64,000 nucleotides of DNA from Tubiluchus corallicola (lineage: Eukaryota; Animalia; Priapulida), in assembly GCA_030141605.1 (NCBI GenBank), contig JAQGDQ010000084.1:625681-689680 (forward strand). The letters are read 5' to 3'. The notes beneath the pieces were generated by a model. That model saw only the letters and a list, made by a program, of their open reading frames with translations, was not told the DNA's origin and ran no database searches. The position numbers and the translations under genes were made by a program. Below, piece by piece: positions 11,828-22,016 of the stretch (its first letter is position 1; each line of letters begins with the position of its first letter).

Positions 11828-12944
11828 AATATTTCTACATTTTTTCAGCCATGCCATCCAATGGCAGACCAATGCAGCAGCAATAAAGTGGCGTTCACCT
11901 AGCATCCGGATGCGTTTTCAACCTGCGGAATAACCTACGAAAAAAATCAATTGGAACAGCTGCGGAAAAAGAATAACGCACACACAGGGTGCATTGAAGA
12001 CAATATAAACCAACTTTTATCTACTCCGCACCCCCAAAATGCATACGCATCTGAATGCTACATAAACGCCACTATACATAATCCAATATGGACAACTCTT
12101 CCTGTGAATCATCAAGACTCTCTTCAGTAGTTAACTTGCTGACAATTCTCTGGTTTTGGGATGGTACCTATAGCAGCTGTCTTTAGTCTTCAACAGTTTG
12201 AGGTTGAGGACACATTTAATTCGTCTAAGTTCAAAGCCCACTATATGATTTAGGACTTCTGAGCCCCCGCTAAAACTAATCCTGTACAGCAGATGCCTTG
12301 TATGTGTGTACTTGATTTGTGAAAATAAACATACAGCTGAGAAGTAGCCATGACCGATGACTAAACAGCAATTTTGACCTTTTCTAATACTTAATACCAA
12401 TGGCACCTAATTAAATGTCATGGATTGCCCCAAATGCCTTTCCTTCTATCTTAAAGATGTTGCATGAACTGCTAGACAGTCTACGAGAAATGCAAATGCA
12501 CTGGATGGACTAACCTGCAGCTGGAGATCATTTTCGCCTGATTTGTACAATCGAAACATGTTTCACGGTGCCCCAGTCATTAATTCAGTAATCCTTTAAT
12601 CTCAATACTCTATATGGCTTGCTTTTGTCTGCTAACAACTGTACAGGACTGCAGATCTCGATCAAATTATATACAGTGACAAATTAAATTTTGTATTCCG
12701 ATTATAAAAATCACGCACTGATGCTTACAGAACGACCAAAATCTTAAAAAATACCAGACAACCAGACCCAAGATAATCATCAGTTAGCAGCAAATTAGCA
12801 GGGTAATGAAGAATCAAGCATTATCATGTGCGTTTATACCACATGTATGCAAACCACAAAGCATTCAAAGACTAAAAGAGGCATACTAACTCCCGCACAG
12901 CTGAACAAGCTAAACGTAACTTTAATGGCATATTTTTTGGTATA

Positions 12945-13427
12945 CAGTCAACCTCGGATATAAGGGACACCTCAGGACCAGAAAAAACAGTCCCTTATAT
13001 CCGATGTCCGTCATAGCTGAAGTTGAGTCAGACTGAGGGTGTACCTAGACCTGTACTTTTACCCATATTTTTATGGATTATTGCTACACATTCAGTGCAA
13101 ACGGTATGTAGGAAGCTCCTTCAGTGATGTGAGATGTATGTGACTGCGGAAACTAAGCTGTTTGAAGGTCGAGTTTGCGGAAAATTGAGGTTAAAAATTG
13201 ATCAATTTCGCTTTGATAATAGAGTACCTTATATGAGAGGTAATTTACTTGGATTTCTATTACGCAGGACCAGAAGATATCGTCCCTTATAACCGAAAGT
13301 CTCTTATATCCGAGTACCTGATATGCGAAGATTTTTACGTAGGAAAAACATTACGAAAAATCGGGACTGGTGCTGGTGGTCCCTTGTAAGTGAGTACCTT
13401 ATTATCTTATATAACCGAGGTTTACTG
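12945..13427 (-). mobile_element. pogo/Tigger-like MITE family D (inverted relative to the 10388 copy)
   Basis: TA flanks; cagtcaacctcgg...ccgaggtttactg; near full-length reverse-complement match to 10388-10859. Confidence 0.85.
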
Positions 13428-13539
13428 TAGTTAATTAAACTAATATACAAACTGTGGCTTAATGATAGTAAGAAAAGTTAAGAAAACAAATAAATCTAAC
13501 AGCATAATTTATGATGATACAGCATAGATTAAATTAAAA

Positions 13540-13557
13540 TTTATTAGCACTTTTATT
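13540..13557 (-). terminator. Likely CAMSAP polyadenylation signals (two AATAAA)
   Basis: tttatt at 13540-13545 and 13552-13557, about 1.4 kb after the CAMSAP stop, at the end of a 3'UTR-like stretch. Confidence 0.45.
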
Positions 13558-14981
13558 CATTACGTACAACAGTACATGCTCCAAGCCAAAAACTGACTTT
13601 TTACAAGATCCACAAAGAAAATAAAGCATTCTAACTACAAGGCTGGTAAATTAAACTTCATATTAATATTTAGTATAATAGTAGCAATAACTTATTTTAC
13701 AATATAATAAACCACAACCTAGCCTTAAAATACCTGTACAATAACACAACGAAATGTCTGACATCTTAGTGGAATACAAGCAGAAACGGTCAGTATTGTC
13801 AATTTCCTGTCATAAGCTGACAGCATAACAATCTATACAACTGAAAGCTGTTACAACCATTAAAATTCCATGCTTGTGTACTATAAAATCATTAAATAAG
13901 AATTGTAGACGACAACATAGATGAAGATTCCAACAGTGAAAGAGGAAAGTACAGCACACTACTTACAATAGTATCATTCTAACGAACTTAACTTAGACAA
14001 TTTTCCATTGAAGAACGAAAAATGGTTTCACATTCTGCAAATGAAGTTTAAATATAAAAATAAAAATGTCATACAAGTACTCATTCCACATATGGTAAAC
14101 TTACATTAAAACAATTTAATCACAGGCATCTGTAAGCAGATTTTATGCAAAGCTAAAAATTAAACATGAATCTTTTCAAGACATGTTTTGTATAACTGAA
14201 ACAAAGACGAACCTGAAAAACATCATCTCATGAACAAAGGTGTTTACTGATGTTCCACAGCTGCACCATGTGCTAATCTAGCAATATGTACGTTTGTACA
14301 TTTTCGTTGACTTGAAACCTCAAAATGAGAGTCATACATACAAGGTGGTACATAAACTAGGGAGTACCCTTTCATAGGGGGTACAGAAGTAATTAGTAAA
14401 AGAACAGAAAGAATGTTTACATCAAAGTATTCCTAAAATAATTGTGAATCCATCATGCGCTCAAAAATTAGTGTGCAAGTTATGGCACAACCTCCAACTT
14501 CGAGGGCTACAATCAGAGCAGTGACTCGCTGAACTCATGCAGACATCTCACAATTTTGCCTCTTGAATGCCTCTCAATGGCACGTTCCTGGATCATCTAT
14601 GTATCATCTGTGTTTTTCAGGATAGCTCTAATGTGTTTTGTGGCTGAAATCTGGTGAATTCTCAAGCCATTCAGTTCAGTTGAAAAAAATTTGCAGCTTC
14701 GATCATACCGTTCAAGACTACAGGCTGCGTGAGAGCCCCACAAGGTTCTCGCACTAAATTTTTAGGGTACCAATAGTTTCGCTATTGTTTCAGGAATACT
14801 TTGATGTAATGAACTAGTCTCAACTATTATTCGTTACACTTGAACCCCTCTAACAAAAGGTTGTGTACTACCCTGTACATATTAATCAACGAATGTGCCT
14901 TGTTAATAAGATTATAAGTGAAATTAGTGAAAACTACTATAAGGTAATATTACACTATGATTATGCTCAAAAATTAGAATA

Positions 14982-17900
14982 TTACTTCCTTCTTGTATTG
15001 GAAATAGCAGTCTGTTTTTTACTACTCTGCCAGAACTTGTCATGTATAGTGAATGCATCGATAGTGGCTGACAGATGTTTAGATGGTATGGCTGTAAAGT
15101 GTTTAGCTCCCGAATCATACTTGTAGAAGGAATGACACATTTTGTGGGTTATTGTTTTCGGTCCGGTGCCACAAAGTTTTGTAATTAAATCACTTTCCGG
15201 ATCATATGAATACAACGCACGAAACTGACAACCATTATCACGAAATAAGACTAAGAAGTGATTACTTTCAGACAGAGAAAGAGCATCTAAAACCCTTTTT
15301 TTCAAATCTTCATTAACAGTGCCAGCTAAGCAACGATAGTTAATGGCATTCATTACAATGCCGCGGTTAGACTTTGCACTTGGCTTTACAAATAGCTTAG
15401 GACCTGCATAGACCTCACTAGCATTAGACGATTCTGACATCTGATCAGATGCTTTACTGCTAAATCTGTCAAAAGCCTGAGCAGCAGATGGAGGAGATCC
15501 TCGTCCTCTTGGACTAGGTTCTCGTCGACGTGTTGAATAAATGTAATCACCATTGCCTTCATCTTCCTCAACGGTTTCTTCTTGAAACATGGATTTTGGT
15601 CGAAAATTGGGAGAAGTATTCAGTTGTCCAGGGGAATTTTCTTGAAGCAGTGATTTTGGTCGATTAGCTTTTGGCTTTTGCTTTAATTTAACTGGGGGAG
15701 AATCTCCTGCGGCACCTCCTTGCTCGTTAAGCTGTGCCTCCAACTTCCTCCTCTGATAATCTTCCCAGATAAGCTGTCTTCTAATTTTTTCTTCCTCTTT
15801 CTTTCTTTCTGCTTCTTCTTGTTTGAGTTGCAATTCTTCACGTCGTTTTGCATTTTCCATTTCTATCTGCAATCGCCTTTGTTCTTGCTTTTCCTTTCGT
15901 TTGAGAGCACTCAACATAATCTTTTCCTTGCGTCTCATCATCTCTTCATCGTCTAATTTTTTATCTGATTCAGTTTGACCGAGTTCAAAAGCCACACCAG
16001 GAGCAGCTTCTACACGTTGACTGGTGGTTTCTTCCACATTTGACATGGAGACAGAATCTTTGTTAGTTTGCTTTGACTCGGGTTTCTTTGCAGGTGGGGT
16101 ACTGCCAGCAACAGAAGTGCGTAATTCAGTTTTTGTCTGGCTCATAGGTGATATATATTGGGGAGGTGGAGGCGGGGCATCTATATCAGCTGGCTCAGTT
16201 TCCTCTGGTGCCTTTTGCTCACTAACAGCTTGCGAGGTTTTCTTACCATTTTTCTTTCCCTTGAGTTTTGGTTTACGTTTTCTTGGTGTTCCATCATCAA
16301 AGGAAATAACAAATCCTTGGTTATCGCCACCTGGTAACGGCCCAACATCACCAGTAATTTTACTAGTCTTCTCCTCAGCTCTATCAGTGTATGACATAAC
16401 AGGTTCAGAACTACTACTGTAAGTACTCGATTCTAATGAGTGAGATTCTGCTGCACTCGTTTCTAAATTACTTAATTCCTTAGCCTGTTGCTCTTGGGTG
16501 TGAGAATGTTCTGGCGACTTCCTCTCTTGCTGCTGATCTGAGGCATATTGACTGTTATCAGTTTCTGCAGGTTGTCTTGCATCCATTTCAGCATTCTGAA
16601 CTGCAGAGTCCGTGTGACCTGTACCACGGTAAGCCCTATCAGGAGACGCACGCAAATTTTCTTGGGAATGCCTTAGATTGTGCAGGTGTTCCTGCGATCC
16701 GCTATAGTGCTGAGGTGGTGAAGGTTGGAAACCATAAGGAGGATAAGGTTGCGGGTAAGGTGGATGAGGGTATCCATGTTGTGGATCGTAGTAGAGATTG
16801 TACTGACCATGATGATAAGGGCTAAAGTGTGGCATGCCATGCCCACTGTAAAGTTGCTGTTGAGGAACAGGATGAGACGGAAGTCCCTGATAATGTGGCG
16901 AATACTGAAACTGAGGATAAATTTGAGGAGAACTATGTGAGTGAGGCGGAGCAAAACCAGGATGCATCACATATGCAGGTTGAGGTGGCATCATGGGCAT
17001 GACAGGCTGAGCAGTTGACGGGGGGTGTTGCTGCATGGCAGTCTGCTGTGGCTGATGAAGAGTAGATGGTGTTCCAACAGGTGCTGCCAGTTCATGGGCA
17101 AGAGTTGCACTATCACGTGAATCTGCCATTGCGACCTGTTCAAGTTGCGTTAGCTCGGACTGCAGTTCTTGCATTTTAGTTTCGTATTCGTGAAGCGTTT
17201 CACTTATTTGATCCTCGTTCATTGCGTCCACTTTACCTTCGCCGTCAGTTGATTCACTCAGCCACCGTTGCCGTAGCTTATCCAGTATGTCTTCAATTTC
17301 ACTTCTTGTCATTGGCCTTTTTGCTTTTGCAGATGTTTCTTCAACGTTATCATTTCTTGTAATCTTTGCACTCCCAGACTCTTCTAAAGGGGGCCTTATT
17401 TTAGCTTTGTCTAGTTTGTATGTAGCATAATTAATATCAGACTTTGGTGGCGATTTTGCAAACACTCTATCACCTTCATCTTTGCTGTTTAAATCATTGG
17501 CTTTATGAACTCTAAAAGTGGCACTACGATCTACATAATTAGATTCTAAATCCTCATCCTTTTCCTGTATATCGTCTTTCCTGTCAGGTTTTCCCCCTTT
17601 CACGACCTGCATAAATGCTTGTTTTCCCATTCTTTGCCGATGCTTAGCTAAGTGTGCTTCCATTTGCTTTCGTTGGATTTCCATCTTCTTTCTTTTTTCC
17701 TCCAAGCGCATGCGGAGACTAGTTAATTCGGCATTGAGAGGTTTTGCATGATTAATAACTAAACTTGACCCATCTGGCTGTTTCTGCTGAGCACTTGCAG
17801 CCCACGTCGTCTGATTCGGCAATGCCGCGAATGTTGTCCGTTTCTTAGGAGAATCTTCTAGATTGGATTTTGGAGATCTTCTGTCGCTTTCCTTAACTGT

Positions 17901-19523
17901 TCCAGGATTGTGATGCATATAAACGTCGCTATGTATTTCGCCATTTACCGGAGGCCTATCCTGAGATTTATTCAAATCCATAAAGTTATTTTGCGGACTT
18001 CTGCACAACGACAGATCAGCCTCCTGCGAATCGCTTTTCATACCAAATATATGGTCATCTATGACTGGAATCCCCGCCGCTCTTGCAGAGTTTGCTGTAT
18101 GAAAAGAATCGTGAAGAGTGAAGCTCTTCCCAACTAAGCCAAGAGCATTTGCATTACCACTGCCTGGCTTTGTTAATCGCACGGGGTCTTCACCCCTTTC
18201 CATGTTTTTACTCTGCTTCAGCCTCTCCTTGTTCACTTTTAGCCTGGCAGGCATGAGAGGTTCGTTATCTAAGCTGGGAAGCTCTGGACCCGACGAAACG
18301 CTTTCCACCTCCATATCATCACACTGTTTAGATACACGAGGGTGCTGCTGTTCCGTAAACAGCTTTGGCAACAAGCCATGCCTTTTTCGCTCTTGTGGGT
18401 CACACAAAGAGTCCGTGTCCATTACGAACTTGGGCTTTCCAGGACTATGGGCTGCCCAAGTCTTCTTTCCTGGAGAAGATGAGATTTGCACAGGTTGACG
18501 AGCACGAGTAAACGAAGAAGAAAGACCAGAACTATGATGCTCTACCATTGCTGGGTGTTTTTCACGCACTGAATTAACAGGATTCACCTCTAAATGATAA
18601 AACAGTTCTGCAAGCAAAGCTTGAATGTTCAGGCGGCACACAGCTGGTGTATAAATCATATCTTCTAGTGCAAGCACAAATGGTTGGGAAGGGAAAAACT
18701 TCCGGCAAAAGTTTATGCATAACTGAAGATTGTACAATGAATCACCCAAGCTCATGGGATGCTTAATATAAATATCACTAACGCGGAGATGTTCAGGACA
18801 ATAGAAGCTAAGCAGTAAAGCAAAACACTGTCCATCACTTAAATCCTCTGCTAGGTTATTAAGTTTTGGCAAATTTACTTGACCTACTCTACACAATTCC
18901 AACCTGGCAGTGAAAAGCTCCATAACTTTATTTGCCCACAAAATTAATCCTTGTTCCCCAGGTTCTGGAGATTCTGAAGAACTAACGCCGAGGCATTTCA
19001 ATGCGTATGCAATATGACTGCCGCTTGCCGCCTCGGTTATGAACGCCATCATAAGAGCATCAATCATAGCAATGTGAGCGCTGAGTTTCACAGGTGACGT
19101 CTGCAATAATGATGCTTCAGTTACCACTGCATCATTTCTTTCCATGGGACATATCCCCTTACGAGAAAGAAACTGTATTATAATAGACACAGGTTGTCCC
19201 TTAAAGTTTGGATCATGAAAAATGGATGCCGAAGCCAAACTGTATAACTCACCAGATGAGAGTTTGTTGACTATCGCTGGTTTCAAGTGGTGATCTTCTT
19301 TTTCTGACGTAAAATACAAATGTCGAAAATTTTCAGGTATTTCTCCACCATACGCCTTCGTAATAAGCCATTTAATATTTGCTTTTTCTTTGGCTCTCAC
19401 ACGGTCATAATCATTCAACGGCACAATTTCTGGAACATCACCATACAACTTCTCAGCATCTAGTGCTGACGGAGGACGTTTTTTGTCCACTACTGCATTT
19501 TCGGTTTGCTTATTGTCTGCCAT
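14982..19523 (-). CDS. CAMSAP: CAMSAP/Patronin microtubule minus-end binding protein, single-exon CDS, 1513 aa
   Basis: N-terminal PEIVPLNDYD..AKEKANIKWLITKAYG, CH domain (EDLSDGQCFALLLSFYCP..SLGDSLYNLQL), three coiled coils, C-terminal CKK domain (GPKLFVKPSAKSNRG..FLVLFRDNGCQFRALYSY..TIDAFTIH). ATG in atcATGg context with an in-frame TGA 27 nt upstream. Confidence 0.96.
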   Translation of the reverse strand: MADNKQTENAVVDKKRPPSALDAEKLYGDVPEIVPLNDYDRVRAKEKANIKWLITKAYGGEIPENFRHLYFTSEKEDHHLKPAIVNKLSSGELYSLASASIFHDPNFKGQPVSIIIQFLSRKGICPMERNDAVVTEASLLQTSPVKLSAHIAMIDALMMAFITEAASGSHIAYALKCLGVSSSESPEPGEQGLILWANKVMELFTARLELCRVGQVNLPKLNNLAEDLSDGQCFALLLSFYCPEHLRVSDIYIKHPMSLGDSLYNLQLCINFCRKFFPSQPFVLALEDMIYTPAVCRLNIQALLAELFYHLEVNPVNSVREKHPAMVEHHSSGLSSSFTRARQPVQISSSPGKKTWAAHSPGKPKFVMDTDSLCDPQERKRHGLLPKLFTEQQHPRVSKQCDDMEVESVSSGPELPSLDNEPLMPARLKVNKERLKQSKNMERGEDPVRLTKPGSGNANALGLVGKSFTLHDSFHTANSARAAGIPVIDDHIFGMKSDSQEADLSLCRSPQNNFMDLNKSQDRPPVNGEIHSDVYMHHNPGTVKESDRRSPKSNLEDSPKKRTTFAALPNQTTWAASAQQKQPDGSSLVINHAKPLNAELTSLRMRLEEKRKKMEIQRKQMEAHLAKHRQRMGKQAFMQVVKGGKPDRKDDIQEKDEDLESNYVDRSATFRVHKANDLNSKDEGDRVFAKSPPKSDINYATYKLDKAKIRPPLEESGSAKITRNDNVEETSAKAKRPMTRSEIEDILDKLRQRWLSESTDGEGKVDAMNEDQISETLHEYETKMQELQSELTQLEQVAMADSRDSATLAHELAAPVGTPSTLHQPQQTAMQQHPPSTAQPVMPMMPPQPAYVMHPGFAPPHSHSSPQIYPQFQYSPHYQGLPSHPVPQQQLYSGHGMPHFSPYHHGQYNLYYDPQHGYPHPPYPQPYPPYGFQPSPPQHYSGSQEHLHNLRHSQENLRASPDRAYRGTGHTDSAVQNAEMDARQPAETDNSQYASDQQQERKSPEHSHTQEQQAKELSNLETSAAESHSLESSTYSSSSEPVMSYTDRAEEKTSKITGDVGPLPGGDNQGFVISFDDGTPRKRKPKLKGKKNGKKTSQAVSEQKAPEETEPADIDAPPPPPQYISPMSQTKTELRTSVAGSTPPAKKPESKQTNKDSVSMSNVEETTSQRVEAAPGVAFELGQTESDKKLDDEEMMRRKEKIMLSALKRKEKQEQRRLQIEMENAKRREELQLKQEEAERKKEEEKIRRQLIWEDYQRRKLEAQLNEQGGAAGDSPPVKLKQKPKANRPKSLLQENSPGQLNTSPNFRPKSMFQEETVEEDEGNGDYIYSTRRREPSPRGRGSPPSAAQAFDRFSSKASDQMSESSNASEVYAGPKLFVKPSAKSNRGIVMNAINYRCLAGTVNEDLKKRVLDALSLSESNHFLVLFRDNGCQFRALYSYDPESDLITKLCGTGPKTITHKMCHSFYKYDSGAKHFTAIPSKHLSATIDAFTIHDKFWQSSKKQTAISNTRRK

Positions 19524-19849
19524 GATGTTCACAAGACTACGGTCATTTCAACACACAAAACACAACACCGAGATACAGAAAGACACTTGTGCAAAATGCT
19601 AAAATCACTTCACACTTTATGGTCACTACAAACTAAATCTTTAATTGTACACTTTAGAAGACAAGGTTATTCCAACATACACATTCTTTTAGAGCCACGG
19701 GGCTTATGGTGGATTACGGTAAGCACAGGCACGGTTGAAACAGGTTTGTGATGTATTTTCTTCGCAGTAAAAGACTTCACACTGTGAAAGCAACAATCGG
19801 AATTAATATTCTAGTCTTTCTTGAAAAGGTGCTAACAAAATGCCGAAAT

Positions 19850-19918
19850 TTACTTGTTGGCAACTTTTACATCCATTCTAACACATGCCGACATTGCCTC
19901 ATCTGCCTCAAAATCTTC
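19850..19918 (-). CDS. DPH3: DPH3 exon 3 (EDFEADEAMSACVRMDVKVANK*)
   Basis: Acceptor ttttttgttttag, phase 0, 22 aa then TAA; gives an 83-aa protein, close to the known DPH3 length. Confidence 0.8.
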   Translation of the reverse strand, partial: EDFEADEAMSACVRMDVKVANK

Positions 19919-20468
19919 CTAAAACAAAAAAACCATTTTATTGAGAGTCAAGTTAGTAATTGAGTATAAACCTACTCAATTAAATTCAATGTAAATTACA
20001 AAATCAGTTGTCCATTAATTAATTAACAGCTTGTGTTAAATAACAGCAAGCTAAGAATAGTTCTATACAATTTTTGTAATAATTTCACACAAGTAATTGA
20101 TTAAATTTCCTTGATTTATTTGCATTTTAGCTAACGGTAAAAAAAACAAATTACTGAGCCAGATAGATCCATGCATAGTTGTGTTTACAGACAAGACTTG
20201 TATAAATCTGAAGTGTTTAAAAGATCAAAAGTCAATCGACAGACTTAAAATGTTTATAAACTGACGAATATAAAACTTATAGAATTTGAACGCACAAAAA
20301 AGTAGCTTTACAAAACAAGAAATGTCGTCAACACTAGGTCTCCAAACTCATATGATAATTCAGGCATAAGTCTCCAGTTATGCATAACTGTAGAGCATTT
20401 GAGGACTACAGCTGAACTGTATTTAGATGCCCAATACACCTCACTTTCAAGATGTTGTTAAATTATCA

Positions 20469-21029
20469 TTAAAGGAAAGGCTAAGCCTTCTAAGAGGTTG
20501 GACTTATCTCAAAGTTTGCGAAAAATGTCAGAAGGATTTAGTAATAAATCTGCAATAACAGTCTCGTGTAACTAGTAAAATCACTTTAAATTCGTGATCA
20601 CTTCGTGCTCGGGCGCTGCCATTTTCAATGCCCATTCTTCTTCCAATGACGTCATTCGTCTTGACGAAAAGTAGCGCATTGTCAATCTTTGTCAAAAGTA
20701 TAATAAGTTTTTACAAAAAAATTGTATAGTTAATTTTGTAATATTTTTGCGTGAATCAGGAAAACTCCAGAAGTTTAAATTAGTTTAAGCAGCGTGCGCT
20801 TACGGAAAGCCACGACTCGCTTACGAAAAGTCACGAAGTTTCCCAGTTACGTCATGATTTTCAAGGGAATGGCGGCAACCACCATGCCTGAAAATTTCAT
20901 TCAGATGTAGTTTATTTTAAATTTATGCTTTACAGGCAGTTCTTTGGAATTTTTTGTTATGCTTTTCTAAGTTTAAGTGATAACAGTAAAATAAAATCAA
21001 CATACTAAGTGATTTATTCTTTCCTTTAA
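20469..21029. mobile_element. Kolobok/T2-like MITE family B
   Basis: TTAA-AGG...CCT-TTAA termini; homologous to 54003-54492, 62981-63559 and a fragment at ~31175-31305. Confidence 0.8.
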
Positions 21030-21298
21030 TGTTCATTGATAAAAACAGCATCTGCCCAAGACATTAGCAAGTCTGTACTTCGTTAGTAAAAATGGAAAGA
21101 AAATTCACAATACCGCATTCTACTGAACAACGTATAAGAACTGACAGACTAAAATGCATAAAAGTGGCCCAACAGCCATAATTGATAAAATTTATAAGCA
21201 TAAACAACAATGGAATTTATAAGCATAAACAACAAGTGACACTTTAAAAATATTGAAACATCATTGCAAAGTAACAATAATGCAGGCTTGATACTTAC

Positions 21299-21373
21299 GG
21301 GATCATAGATAACTCTCACAATTAGGGAACAGCTGGGACACGTAGCGACATCTTCACCATTTTCTAACATTTC
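21299..21373 (-). CDS. DPH3: DPH3 exon 2 ([25 protein letters not shown])
   Basis: tttctttcag acceptor, gtaagt donor, 75 nt; contains the CSL motif CPSCSL. Confidence 0.95.
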
Positions 21374-21464
21374 CTGAAAGAAAAGTTGTAAATTACAAAC
21401 TTTGAAGAGTTGCACAATCACACAAAATGCAGCTGACCTAACTTAATTGGCATAGAAAGTTTTC

Positions 21465-22016
21465 TTAAAGGAAGACCGGATGATTGCTTAGACTTAATCT
21501 CATTTTAATTTACTGTCCAAAATATACATTTTCTTGATTAAAAAAGTTGCCTTTAAAAGCAATTATTTCTTATATTTGAATAATTAGCTTAGAAACTTAA
21601 TTAACGGCAACCGAACACAGCTATTGCTTATGTCAGAAACTAACCACAGTTCGTGCAATGGCAGACATCTTCCCTTACACGTCAAACACGTTTGCGTAAG
21701 TGTTGCTGCTTAAACGCGTGATGTCATGAAAATGTGCTCTACATCATGTGACGTCAGAAACTAACACTGCAGTTCATGATCATACTTATCAGGGTATCAT
21801 CTTCTATTTGTCAGCCACGCGAAGGTGACAAAAAGGCACCATTGCCAATCTTAGTACATTCAGTGAGCCGCAGGTAGCTTTGAAAGTTTTACGAAATTTG
21901 AGTATCTGGGGCAATTATTATTTAATCTAAGCTTTGATTTAAAAAAGCTATTGTAGTTTTCTAGAGCATTCTTTATTCTGAACTAATGTTTACACAATCA
22001 TCCAATTTTCCTTTAA
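21465..22016. mobile_element. Kolobok/T2-like MITE family C
   Basis: ttaaaggaagaccggatg ... catccaattttcctttaa; inverted homologues at 27581-28088 and 28420-28598. Confidence 0.75.

Noticed and set aside
15386-18498. Antisense and alternative-frame ORFs inside CAMSAP
   Set aside because: Short shadow ORFs with no recognisable motifs.
19523-19852. DPH3-CAMSAP fusion by stop-codon readthrough
   Set aside because: Frames differ, and an in-frame TGA lies 27 nt upstream of the CAMSAP ATG.
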